The position numbers and the translations under genes are program-made. The notes below the pieces were generated by a model. The model did not search any database. It saw only the letters and a list, made by a program, of their open reading frames with translations, and was not told the origin of the DNA. From an uncultured Lachnospiraceae bacterium (lineage in GTDB: Bacteria; Bacillota; Clostridia; Lachnospirales; Lachnospiraceae), in assembly GCA_910586315.1 (NCBI GenBank), contig CAJUIP010000006.1, forward strand, positions 2,166 through 66,165: a DNA stretch of 64,000 bases, written 5' to 3'. Of the stretch, positions 18,612-27,452 are shown in pieces. Numbering within the stretch: the stretch's first letter is position 1; each line of letters starts with the position of its first letter.

Positions 18612-18854
18612 GATAATCCTCCTGTTGAAATTACCGGAAAATTCCCCTTTTATACATGGGGATGCCTGTGCCATCAGGCGTTTCCGTTTGCTGTTACGGT
18701 TAAGCAGCTGCCCCACAGATTCGTGTATTGACTGCGCCGGGCAGTTATATGTTTAATTATAACAGTAATTTTCGGGATGGCAAGGGATTTCTCTTTTTGC
18801 AATTGCCTGGCACAGAAATGTGTGTTATACTGACCGGAGAGAAGGGGCGGTGTT

Positions 18855-19709
18855 ATGGAAAAGGAGACAATAAGGAGCGAGACAGTGGCTGTGGGGTTCA
18901 TGTTGGCAGGCTGCGTGGTGTTTGCCCTGGGGCTAAACCTGTTTGTTGTGCCATGTAATTTGGTTCTGGGGGGAACCACAGGCGGCGCTGTTGTGGTGAA
19001 CAAACTGTTTGGGATTCCGGTTGGAACTGCTTCTATTATGATTAATATTCCGATTATGCTGGTTGGCTGGAGAATCCTGGGCTGGAAATTTATTGCCAGG
19101 ACAGCCGTTACATCCATGGTTTTGGGGGCCATGATCGATGCCCTGGCCTGGGTGCAGTTTCCAAAGGTGGACCCGATTCTTTCAGCTCTTTACGGAGGAA
19201 TCCTCCTTGGCATTGCCATCGGAATTTTTTATCAGTATAACTGGTCAAGCGGAGGCTCGGAGATTCTGGCGCGGGCCTGGTGCAGGGCCACGGGGAAAGG
19301 AACCATGGGCCAGGCGATGGCCATCATCGATGGCCTGGTTGTGGTGGGAGGAAATCTGCTTTTGGGAGAACCGGCCAATATGTTGCTGGCGCTGGTGACA
19401 ATTTTTGTCTGCTCTAAGGCTACGGATATGATTATTGCCGGATATGATAAAGGAATGCAATGCCTGATCATTACCAATAAAGGAGACGAGCTTTACCGCC
19501 TGGTTCAGACGAAGTATCAGAGGGGCATGACCTGCCTGAACGGGCGGGGCATGTATACAGGCAATGAATACCAGGTCATGATGACCGTGGTAAAACGGGC
19601 GCAGTTTGCTGATTACAAAAAGATGATAAAAACGGTGGATCCGGCGGCGTTTGTAATTGTCAGCGAAACCTATGATGTATTCGGACGGGGGTTCAAGGAA
19701 ATTTATTAA
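18855..19709 (+). CDS. YitT family membrane protein
   Basis: GGTTG, NIP, SSGG.EI motifs and C-terminal DP.AFV.V.E...V.G.GF. Confidence 0.88.
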   Translation: MEKETIRSETVAVGFMLAGCVVFALGLNLFVVPCNLVLGGTTGGAVVVNKLFGIPVGTASIMINIPIMLVGWRILGWKFIARTAVTSMVLGAMIDALAWVQFPKVDPILSALYGGILLGIAIGIFYQYNWSSGGSEILARAWCRATGKGTMGQAMAIIDGLVVVGGNLLLGEPANMLLALVTIFVCSKATDMIIAGYDKGMQCLIITNKGDELYRLVQTKYQRGMTCLNGRGMYTGNEYQVMMTVVKRAQFADYKKMIKTVDPAAFVIVSETYDVFGRGFKEIY

Positions 19710-19867
19710 AATTCTCAAGAATTATAGCAAGGAAAACAGAATCGTGCTTGCACGTAAGCAGCAATCTGTCGGATTTTTTTCATAGGGCGAAAGTCCGTGA
19801 GAGGGAAGCCGCGGAGCGGATTCGAGCGCACTGCGCCCGGACACTATTTTTAAGGAGGAAAGGGATT

Positions 19868-21034
19868 GTGAATCTGGTAGAAGTAAAACATGAAATAGAG
19901 AGCCTTGCAGAGGCATACAAGGCAGAATTTGAAACTGTGAGCGCCTGCATTTTTGAACACCCGGAGCTGGCGTATCAGGAGGTGACAGCCCGCGACACAC
20001 TGTGCGGACTTTTGGAGCGCCATGGCTTTTCGGTAAAAAAGGGAGCGGGTTCGCTGGAAACCGCCTTTGTGGCTGAGTATAAAAGCGGAAAGCCGGGAAT
20101 GACCTTCGCTTTTTTGTGTGAGTATGATGCACTGCCCGAAATCGGCCACGCCTGCGGTCACAATCTGATCGGGACCAGCGGCGCCGGCGCCGGGGTTATC
20201 CTGAGGGAAATTATGGAAAAATACGGATTAGGCGGAACCCTTAAGGTTTTGGGCACCCCGGCGGAGGAAAACGGCTCTGGAAAGATTACCATGTTGGAAG
20301 AAGGAATTTTTAAGGGCATTGATATGGCGTTAATCATGCATCCCAGCGACGTGTCCATGGCGGACGATATTTCCTTTGCGTCTGTCAATAAGATTTATAC
20401 TTTTAAGGGAAAACCTGCCCATACGGCTGCCTGCCCCTGGGTGGGAGCCAGCGCGTTAAACGGGGTTATGCAGATGTTCCATGCTGTGGATGCCCAGAGA
20501 TTACATATGAAGGATTTTACCCGTGTCCATGGAATTGTTCTGGAGGGCGGAACAGCAGTAAACATTGTGCCGGAGCGGGCCGTGTGCAAGTTTAATATCC
20601 GCTCCCTGGATTCTGATTACCTGAGGGAGGTCGTTGAAATCGTCGACAGGTGTGCCAGAGGCGCGGCCATCTGTGCCGGAGTGGATGTGGAGATTGAGCA
20701 GACCGGGTATCTCATTGAAAATGTGAGAAACGAGAAAACGCTTGTGAAGGCGGTGGAAAATAACATGAATTTCATCGGGGAGCGCCACATTCCCCGGGAC
20801 TTAACTCAGGGAATCGGCTCCACTGATGTGGGAAATGTGACTCATGCGCTTCCGTCTGCACAGTTTTATATTGGGCTGGGAGAAGGGCTTGGAACCCATA
20901 CGGCGCCCTTCGCCGCCGCTGCAGGCGGGCCGGAGGGACGCCGTGCCTTAACAGCGGCCGTCAAAGTTCTGGCGATGACAGGTCTTGACATGATGGCGGA
21001 CGCCGCATGCTTCTTGTCCGCGGCACGCGGGTAA
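19868..21034 (+). CDS. M20-family amidohydrolase (ACY1L2/AbgB-like)
   Basis: HPELAYQE, EYDALP.IGHACGHNLI, GTPAEE, GSTDVGNV; GTG start after AAGGAGG. Confidence 0.88.
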   Translation: MNLVEVKHEIESLAEAYKAEFETVSACIFEHPELAYQEVTARDTLCGLLERHGFSVKKGAGSLETAFVAEYKSGKPGMTFAFLCEYDALPEIGHACGHNLIGTSGAGAGVILREIMEKYGLGGTLKVLGTPAEENGSGKITMLEEGIFKGIDMALIMHPSDVSMADDISFASVNKIYTFKGKPAHTAACPWVGASALNGVMQMFHAVDAQRLHMKDFTRVHGIVLEGGTAVNIVPERAVCKFNIRSLDSDYLREVVEIVDRCARGAAICAGVDVEIEQTGYLIENVRNEKTLVKAVENNMNFIGERHIPRDLTQGIGSTDVGNVTHALPSAQFYIGLGEGLGTHTAPFAAAAGGPEGRRALTAAVKVLAMTGLDMMADAACFLSAARG

Positions 21035-21072
21035 GAAACATACGGGTAAAAAACATACGGGTGAGAAGTAAG
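21028..21072 (+). repeat. 15-bp tandem repeat x3 across the stop codon
   Basis: CGGGTAAGAAACATA / CGGGTAAAAAACATA / CGGGTGAGAAGTAAG. Confidence 0.7.
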
Positions 21073-21115
21073 AAAATGTAAGATGGAACGGTTACAATTT
21101 ATCAGCGCTAATTTA

Positions 21116-22432
21116 TCAGCATTGCTCCCGAAACCGACGGACCTCATCCAGCCGTTCTTTCTGCCGGCTCTCTTCGCCGGCTTCATTGGGAACATAATAT
21201 CTGGCTCCTTTTAAGGATTCCGGAAGGCATTCCATATGGGCGATTTTTTCTTCCGTGTCATGGGCGTAAACGTATCCTTTCCCGTACTCCAGATCTTTCA
21301 TAAGGCCTGTGACCCCATTGCGGATTACCAGCGGAACCGGTTCGGAAAGCATAGTTAAAGCGTCCTTTTTTGCATGTTCATAGGCCTTATAGACAGAATT
21401 GGAGCGGGGCGCCAGGGAGAGATAAATGACGGCCTGAGCCAGATGGATATTGCATTCCGGCATGCCGAGAAAATGGCATGCCTGGTATACGGAAACAGCC
21501 AGAGGGAGCGCCTGGTTGTCGGCCAGGCCAACATCTTCTGTGGCAAAGCGGATAAGGCGTCTGGCAATGTAGAGGGGGTCTTCCCCGGCCTCAAGCATCC
21601 GGGCAAGCCAGTAAACGGCAGCGTCGGGATCACTGTTTCTCATGGACTTATGGAGAGCGGAAATCAGATTATAATGTTCTTCGCCATTCTTATCATAAAG
21701 AAGAGATTTTTTGCTGATACACTGCTCAAGAATCTCTTTGGTGACCACGGTTTTGTCAGGGTGTATATCCCCATTGGTGACAGCCATTTCCAGAACGTTG
21801 AGGGCAGTTCTGGCATCTCCGTTGGAGAAAGAAGCAATAGCGGACAGAAGGTCGTCAGAAATTTCCACATGAAGATATCCGAAGCCTCTGGGGCTTTTCA
21901 GAGCATTTTTTAACAGTCCGAAAAGATCCTCTGTCGTCAGCGCCTGCAGGACGAACACCCGGCACCGGGATAAAAGAGCGGCGTTGATCTCGAAAGAGGG
22001 ATTTTCCGTTGTGGCGCCGATCAGTATAATGCTCCCCTTTTCCACATATGGAAGAAACGCGTCCTGTTGCGCCTTGTTGAAACGATGAATCTCGTCCACG
22101 AAGACCAGGGTGCGAAGGCCCATCCGGCGGCTTATTTCGGCTTTGGCCATGACGTCCTTGATTTCTTTTATTCCGCTGGTGACAGCGCTGAAATTAATAA
22201 AATCCGCATGGGTGCTTTTTGCGATGATGCTTGCCAGGGTGGTTTTTCCGACGCCGGGAGGCCCCCAGAAGATCATAGAGGGAATATTATCCTGGTCGAT
22301 GAGCTGCCTTAAAAGTTTTCCCGGCCCGAGGAGATGCTTCTGTCCCGCAAAGGTTTCCAAAGAGTCCGGACGAAGTCTGCTTGCCAGGGGAGCCGCTGTT
22401 TCTGTATAATCAAATAATGACAATTGTTCCAT
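21116..22432 (-). CDS. rarA: Replication-associated recombination protein A (AAA+)
   Basis: PLA.RLRP, GPPGVGKTT, DEIHRFNKAQQD, GATTENPSF and SA.HKS.R.SD.DAA motifs. Confidence 0.95.
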   Translation of the reverse strand: MEQLSLFDYTETAAPLASRLRPDSLETFAGQKHLLGPGKLLRQLIDQDNIPSMIFWGPPGVGKTTLASIIAKSTHADFINFSAVTSGIKEIKDVMAKAEISRRMGLRTLVFVDEIHRFNKAQQDAFLPYVEKGSIILIGATTENPSFEINAALLSRCRVFVLQALTTEDLFGLLKNALKSPRGFGYLHVEISDDLLSAIASFSNGDARTALNVLEMAVTNGDIHPDKTVVTKEILEQCISKKSLLYDKNGEEHYNLISALHKSMRNSDPDAAVYWLARMLEAGEDPLYIARRLIRFATEDVGLADNQALPLAVSVYQACHFLGMPECNIHLAQAVIYLSLAPRSNSVYKAYEHAKKDALTMLSEPVPLVIRNGVTGLMKDLEYGKGYVYAHDTEEKIAHMECLPESLKGARYYVPNEAGEESRQKERLDEVRRFREQC

Positions 22433-22537
22433 AAATTCACCGCCTTTTTTATGAGGTAAGTGTAACACTAGATGGAGAAAACTGCAACAAATAAGCAGAA
22501 AAGAACATGTATGAAAAAATGTATACCGTCTGCTACA

Positions 22538-23030
22538 CTAGTGTAGCAACCTATTTATGTTTAGCCTAATGTATAATGCCAATAGTATATATTGTAAATA
22601 GATTTATACAAATATATATTTAGCTAAATATAAATGAGCCAGCACACTAGTGTAGCAACCTATTTATATTTAGCCTAATATATAATGCCAATAGTATATA
22701 TTGTAAACAGGTTTATACGAATATATATTTAGCTAGATATAAACGAGTCAGTACACTAGTGTAGCGACTTTCCTATATTTAGTCTAATATATAATGCCAA
22801 TAATATATACTGTAAACAGATTTATATAAATATATATTAAGCTAAATATAAATGAGTCAGTACACTAGTGTACTGTCTACATTATATTCAGTCAAACCTC
22901 CTTGTCTACTCGCCCATCTGCTGCGTTGGATTTTCTAGCCGTAGCCACCGCTACGCCGTCAAAAATCCGCCTTGCAGATGAACGACTATCCTGCGGAGTT
23001 TAGCCAGATATAATGTAGCCAGTACACTAG
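22538..23030. mobile_element. Tandem array of four palindromic mini-elements joined at CTAG (three 109-bp units plus one 162-bp unit)
   Basis: CTAG at 22538, 22647, 22756, 22865 and 23027. Each unit starts TGTA and ends (T/C)ACA with long terminal inverted repeats. Confidence 0.8.
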
Positions 23031-23068
23031 GCGGCGAAATTTATAGTAAGAGGAGAGAAAGATACAAA

Positions 23069-23986
23069 ATGAAGATGGAAGAAATACTGCAGCAGTCCAT
23101 AGAAATCGCGCGTCCGGCCATCGCCCAGGGCGAAGTGGCGACTTATATTCCGGAGCTGGGGAAGGTTGACAAAAATCAACTGGGAATTTGCGTGTTCACA
23201 AAAGAGGGCGAGCGCTTTTTTGCCGGAGATACGGCAGTGCGGTTCAGCATCCAGAGCATTTCAAAGGTAATCAGCCTGGCGGCTGCCCTGGAGCACTGCG
23301 GATTTGATACGGTATTTGAGCAGATCGGGATGGAGCCGTCGGGAGATGCCTTCAACTCCCTGATTAAGCTGGAAAGTTCCAACAGTCATCCCTATAATCC
23401 CATGATTAATTCCGGCGCCATTGCCATATGCGGATACCTTGTTCCGGTGATTTCCTTTGAGGAGATGACGGAGCTGGCCAGGACGCTCTGCAGGGACGAT
23501 GGAATCATTATGGATGAAAAGGTGTATCAGTCGGAAATGTCCCATATTTCCCGGAACCGCGCCATTGCCTATCTGCTGGAAAGCAAGGGGGTTATCACCA
23601 GCGACGTGGAAAAAACACTGGACTTTTATGTGCGGATGTGCTCTTTGAGCGTGACGGCCGAAAGCCTGGCGGAGCTTGGGCTTTTACTGGCCAACCGGGG
23701 AATCCAGCTTTCCACAGGAAGGCATCTTTTAAAACCAGATACAGTACGGGTAGTGAAAACCATTATGATGACCTGCGGCATGTATGATGGTTCCGGAGAA
23801 TTTGCCGTCCGCGTGGGGCTCCCCTCCAAGAGCGGAGTCGGCGGGGGAATCCTTTCTGTGGCGGACAGAAAAATGGGAATCGGCATTTTTGGGCCGGCCC
23901 TTGATAAAAAGGGAAACAGCATTGCCGGAGAGCGGATGCTGCAGTATCTGTCTGAAAAACTGAACCTTCATATGATGGGGGAATAG
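23069..23986 (+). CDS. glsA: Glutaminase
   Basis: G.VA.YIPEL, FSIQSISK, EPSG..FNS, NPMINSGA, GMYD.SG.F and KSGVGGG motifs. Confidence 0.96.
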   Translation: MKMEEILQQSIEIARPAIAQGEVATYIPELGKVDKNQLGICVFTKEGERFFAGDTAVRFSIQSISKVISLAAALEHCGFDTVFEQIGMEPSGDAFNSLIKLESSNSHPYNPMINSGAIAICGYLVPVISFEEMTELARTLCRDDGIIMDEKVYQSEMSHISRNRAIAYLLESKGVITSDVEKTLDFYVRMCSLSVTAESLAELGLLLANRGIQLSTGRHLLKPDTVRVVKTIMMTCGMYDGSGEFAVRVGLPSKSGVGGGILSVADRKMGIGIFGPALDKKGNSIAGERMLQYLSEKLNLHMMGE

Positions 23987-24020
23987 AAAATAACAGGAGC
24001 GGATACGGAATAAGAAAGAG

Positions 24021-24105
24021 AATTGTCAACCGAAACTAGAAAAAATAGTTGACAATTGAAACGACCATGCTATAATGTAAACGTATCAGATGTATTTGGT
24101 TGACA
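24021..24105 (+). promoter_or_regulatory. Two BirA-type operators overlapping the bioY promoter
   Basis: AATTGTCAAC-N17-GTTGACAATT (24021-24057) and TGTAAAC-N16-GTTGACA (24076-24105); promoter TTGACA-N16-TATAAT at 24049-24076. Confidence 0.8.
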
Positions 24106-24136
24106 ATAACCAAAGTTGTACGTTAAGGAGATTTGC

Positions 24137-24697
24137 ATGGAAACAGTAACATCAAAAAGAAAAATGACGACCGCAAATATGACAGTAACTGCCCTTATGA
24201 CAGCCATTACCTGCATTTTAGGTCCCCTGTCGCTTCCGATTCCCATAAGTCCGGTACCGATTAGCCTGACAAACCTGGTAATTTATTTTATGGCCTATGT
24301 GTTGGGGGCAAAGCTGTCTGTTATAAGCTATATGGTTTACCTTCTTTTGGGGATGGCGGGACTTCCCGTATTTTCGGGTTTTTCCGGCGGCCTGGCAAAG
24401 CTTGCGGGCCCCACAGGCGGATATCTGGTTGGCTTTATTTTCCTGGCGGTAATCGCCGGTTTTTGTGTGGAAAAGTTTCCGGGTAAGATTTATATGCATG
24501 TGGCCGGTATGGCAATCGGGACAGCTGTGTGCTATGTTTTCGGGACCGTATGGCTTTCCAGCCAGTTGGGAAGAACCTTTTTGGAGGGGCTGGGAATCGG
24601 CGTCATTCCGTATCTACCCGGTGATACAATAAAAATTATCGCGGCTGTCATTGCAGGACCGCAGATTAAGAAATCTCTTTCCCGCGTGAGGAGATAA
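24137..24697 (+). CDS. bioY: Biotin ECF transporter S component
   Basis: PVPISL, YLLLG..GLPVFSG..GG....GPTGGYL.GF and P..PGD..K motifs; BirA boxes upstream. Confidence 0.93.
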   Translation: METVTSKRKMTTANMTVTALMTAITCILGPLSLPIPISPVPISLTNLVIYFMAYVLGAKLSVISYMVYLLLGMAGLPVFSGFSGGLAKLAGPTGGYLVGFIFLAVIAGFCVEKFPGKIYMHVAGMAIGTAVCYVFGTVWLSSQLGRTFLEGLGIGVIPYLPGDTIKIIAAVIAGPQIKKSLSRVRR

Positions 24698-24736
24698 AAG
24701 TGGATTCCGGCCGTCTGATTGAATAAGGAGAAAATA

Positions 24737-25678
24737 ATGATTGAGCTTCATCTTCATCTGGACGGTTCTTTAAGGCCGGGAACGGTCTGGGAACTGGCAG
24801 GAGAACAGAAAATTGAGCTTCCGGCAAAAACCGTGGAGGATGTGCGCTGTAAAATGGAGGTTCCGGAGAACTGTAGAACTCTGGAGGAGTATCTGAAACG
24901 ATTTGATATGCCTTTAATGGTGCTCCAGAAGGCCGATGCACTGGAGCGGGCGGCTTTTGAACTTACAGAAGATCTTGCCAAAATCGGCGTGGATTATGCG
25001 GAAATACGGTTTGCGCCCCAGCTCTCCTTAAGGGGAGGGCTGATGCAGGAAGAGGTGACAGAGGCGGTCATTTGCGGTGTGAAGCGGGGAATGAAGCAGT
25101 ATCCGCAGATCCATGCGGGCCTGATTTTGTGTTGTATGAGAGGAATCACTAACCAGGAGTTGAATATTAAGACTGTGGAGACGGCAAAAAAATATCTGGG
25201 AGAGGTGGTCTGCGCCGTGGATATGGCCGGGGCGGAGTCCCTGTTTCCCACGGAGCTTTTTGCCTCGGTATTTGCAAAGGTAAGGGAGTATGGAATTCCC
25301 ATGACCATTCATGCAGGTGAAGCGGCAGGCCCGGACAGTATAAGAACAGCCCTTTCCTATGGGGCCAGACGGATTGGCCATGGAGTGGCCGCCGTCAGGG
25401 ATCCAAAGCTTATGAAAACGCTGGCAGAGGAAGGAATTACCCTGGAAGTATGCGTAACCAGCAATTATCAGACCAAGGTGGCGCCGTCCATCGAGGCCCA
25501 TCCGATAAAAAAACTGTTTGACGCGGGGGTCCGTGTGACCATAAATTCCGACAATATGACATGCTCCAAAACGGATATCAGAAAGGAAACCGCTTTATTA
25601 AAGAATGTGTTGGGATTCACGGACAGAGAAATTGAAACCATGGAGGCCTATGCCTGGGAGGCACGATTTTTAAAGTAA
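24737..25678 (+). CDS. add: Adenosine deaminase
   Basis: ELHLHLDGS, YAEIRFAP, TIHAGE, RIGHG and NSDN motifs; AAGGAG RBS. Confidence 0.9.
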   Translation: MIELHLHLDGSLRPGTVWELAGEQKIELPAKTVEDVRCKMEVPENCRTLEEYLKRFDMPLMVLQKADALERAAFELTEDLAKIGVDYAEIRFAPQLSLRGGLMQEEVTEAVICGVKRGMKQYPQIHAGLILCCMRGITNQELNIKTVETAKKYLGEVVCAVDMAGAESLFPTELFASVFAKVREYGIPMTIHAGEAAGPDSIRTALSYGARRIGHGVAAVRDPKLMKTLAEEGITLEVCVTSNYQTKVAPSIEAHPIKKLFDAGVRVTINSDNMTCSKTDIRKETALLKNVLGFTDREIETMEAYAWEARFLK

Positions 25679-25781
25679 CAATTTTCACTCGGGAACAGGA
25701 AAAAAACCAGTTGCTGTGATTGCCAGAGACAGCTAAAAATGATATACTGCTCCATATGGGAAAAGATTGGAGAATATATTT

Positions 25782-26537
25782 ATGAAGAAAATGATTTCCT
25801 GGAATGTGAATGGTTTAAGGGCCTGCCTTGGGAAGGGCTTTCTGGAATATGTGAAGGAGACAGATGCGGACATTTTCTGCATTCAGGAGAGCAAACTGCA
25901 GGAGGGACAGGCTGAAATCGACCTCCCCGGATATCATCAGTACTGGAATTACGCGGAAAAGAAAGGGTATTCCGGAACAGCCATGTTTACGAAAGAGGAG
26001 CCGGTCACGGTTTCCTATGGGCTGGGAATTCCGGAGCATGATAAGGAAGGCCGGGTGATTACGGCGGAGTTTGCCGGCTATTATGTGGTCACATGCTATA
26101 CGCCCAATTCCCAGGACGGCTTAAAGCGCCTAGACTACCGGATGGAATGGGAAGACGCTTTCCGCGCCTATTTGAAAAAGTTAGAGGAGAAGAAACCTGT
26201 GATTTTCTGCGGCGACTTAAACGTGGCTCATAAGGAGATCGATCTGAAAAATCCGAAGACCAATCGAAAGAACGCCGGTTTCACTGACGAAGAGAGAAAA
26301 AAATTCACAGAACTTCTGGAATCAGGGTTTGTAGATACCTGGCGGTATTTTAATCCAGATAAAGAGGGGGTATATTCCTGGTGGTCTTACCGATTTTCCG
26401 CCCGGGCGAAAAATGCCGGGTGGCGTATCGATTATTTTTGCGTGTCTGAGCGTCTGAAGGACAGGCTGGTGAGCGCGGATATTCACACGGATGTGATGGG
26501 GAGTGATCATTGTCCGGTGGAGCTTTTGATTGTTTAG
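25782..26537 (+). CDS. xth: Exodeoxyribonuclease III / AP endonuclease
   Basis: [33 protein letters not shown] and GSDHCP motifs. Confidence 0.95.
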   Translation: MKKMISWNVNGLRACLGKGFLEYVKETDADIFCIQESKLQEGQAEIDLPGYHQYWNYAEKKGYSGTAMFTKEEPVTVSYGLGIPEHDKEGRVITAEFAGYYVVTCYTPNSQDGLKRLDYRMEWEDAFRAYLKKLEEKKPVIFCGDLNVAHKEIDLKNPKTNRKNAGFTDEERKKFTELLESGFVDTWRYFNPDKEGVYSWWSYRFSARAKNAGWRIDYFCVSERLKDRLVSADIHTDVMGSDHCPVELLIV

Positions 26538-26587
26538 GGGAAAAGTTGGGGAGACGGGAAGCGCATACTTATTTCACTTATAATTTC

Positions 26588-26615
26588 CTTATCTTTTATC
26601 ATAAAATGCCGATAT
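26588..26615 (+). promoter_or_regulatory. Sigma28 (SigD/FliA) promoter CTTAT-N15-GCCGATAT
   Basis: Canonical -10 GCCGATAT; same spacing as four other motility promoters in the window. Confidence 0.8.
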
Positions 26616-26698
26616 AAATGAATGAGAGGAATAACAGGATAAACAGACTCAGGCAAACGATAGATACAGTTATGTGCCTGAGGGAAAGGAGATTTAGT

Positions 26699-27325
26699 AT
26701 GCAGGTTAATGTGACTCAGGATGTAGCCGTAAAACAGTATGCACAGACAGCTCAGAATGTGGAAAAAGTGTCGTCCGCAGCAGCGGAAAAAACAGATGGA
26801 AAGGAAACGGTTTCCACCGTTCAGAAACCGGATACGGATCGCGCCGAATTTAATAAGGATAAGGTGGTTACCACTAAAATGAGCGATTCGGAGAGAGCCT
26901 CTCTTGTGAAAAGCCTGAAAGAGGATCTGAATAACCAGATGTCCCGCTTTACAAATATGATGATGCAGACCTTCCAAAAGCAGGGCATTACAGTTAACCA
27001 GGCCAATGGCAGCAATGATTTCTGGAGGATGATAGCCAGCGGGAACTTTACGGTGGATCCTCAGACGAAGGCGGAAGCGCAGGAAGCGATTTCCGAAAAC
27101 GGATACTGGGGAGTGGCGCAGACATCCCAGAGAATTTTTGATTTTGCGTATGCCCTTGCGGGGGACGACGTAGATAAAATGAAGGAAATGCAGGCGGCTG
27201 TGGAGAAGGGATTCCAGCAGGCAGGAGCAGCGTGGGGAGGAGATCTTCCGTCTATCTGCGGCGATACCCGTTCGGCAGTCGGCAAACTGTTTGACGATTA
27301 CTATGCCAAACAGGGAGAAAAATAG
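26699..27325 (+). CDS. Sigma28-regulated hypothetical protein (DUF5610-like helical C-terminus)
   Basis: GGAAAGGAG RBS before ATG 26699; low-complexity N-terminus; conserved-looking ISE.GYWGV..TS.RI.DFA..L.G.D...GF..A...WGG.LP.I. Confidence 0.7.
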   Translation: MQVNVTQDVAVKQYAQTAQNVEKVSSAAAEKTDGKETVSTVQKPDTDRAEFNKDKVVTTKMSDSERASLVKSLKEDLNNQMSRFTNMMMQTFQKQGITVNQANGSNDFWRMIASGNFTVDPQTKAEAQEAISENGYWGVAQTSQRIFDFAYALAGDDVDKMKEMQAAVEKGFQQAGAAWGGDLPSICGDTRSAVGKLFDDYYAKQGEK

Positions 27326-27371
27326 TGAAGCCGGCATTTTAGAAATGGATTTTATTCCCGACCAGGGCCAG

Positions 27372-27416
27372 GAATGGCAAAGCGGTATTGTGGATGTATC
27401 GCTTTGCCATTCTTTT
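27372..27416 (+). terminator. Intrinsic terminator
   Basis: GAATGGCAAAGCG...CGCTTTGCCATTC followed by TTTT. Confidence 0.75.
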
Positions 27417-27452
27417 GAATTTCATAGTTTTTTATAAAGAGAAATAGAGCAT

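Noticed and set aside
17493..18731. 412-aa ORF antisense to the amidohydrolase (and similar long antisense ORFs at 26534-27337 and 49831-50739)
   Set aside because: Shadow frames of well-supported genes; no recognisable motifs or RBS.
18612..18750. Riboswitch in the amidohydrolase leader
   Set aside because: Several stems are possible, but I could not match any known aptamer consensus by eye.
22501..22516. LexA (Cheo) box upstream of rarA
   Set aside because: Only the GAAC half-site is present; the GTTC half is poorly matched.
22538..22864. CRISPR array or iteron origin
   Set aside because: Whole 109-bp units repeat with no unique spacers; no rep or cas gene is adjacent.
26645..26685. c-di-GMP-I riboswitch (GGCAAAC) in the sigma28 gene leader
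   Set aside because: No GNRA/receptor stems or GCAAAG segment; only a simple hairpin.
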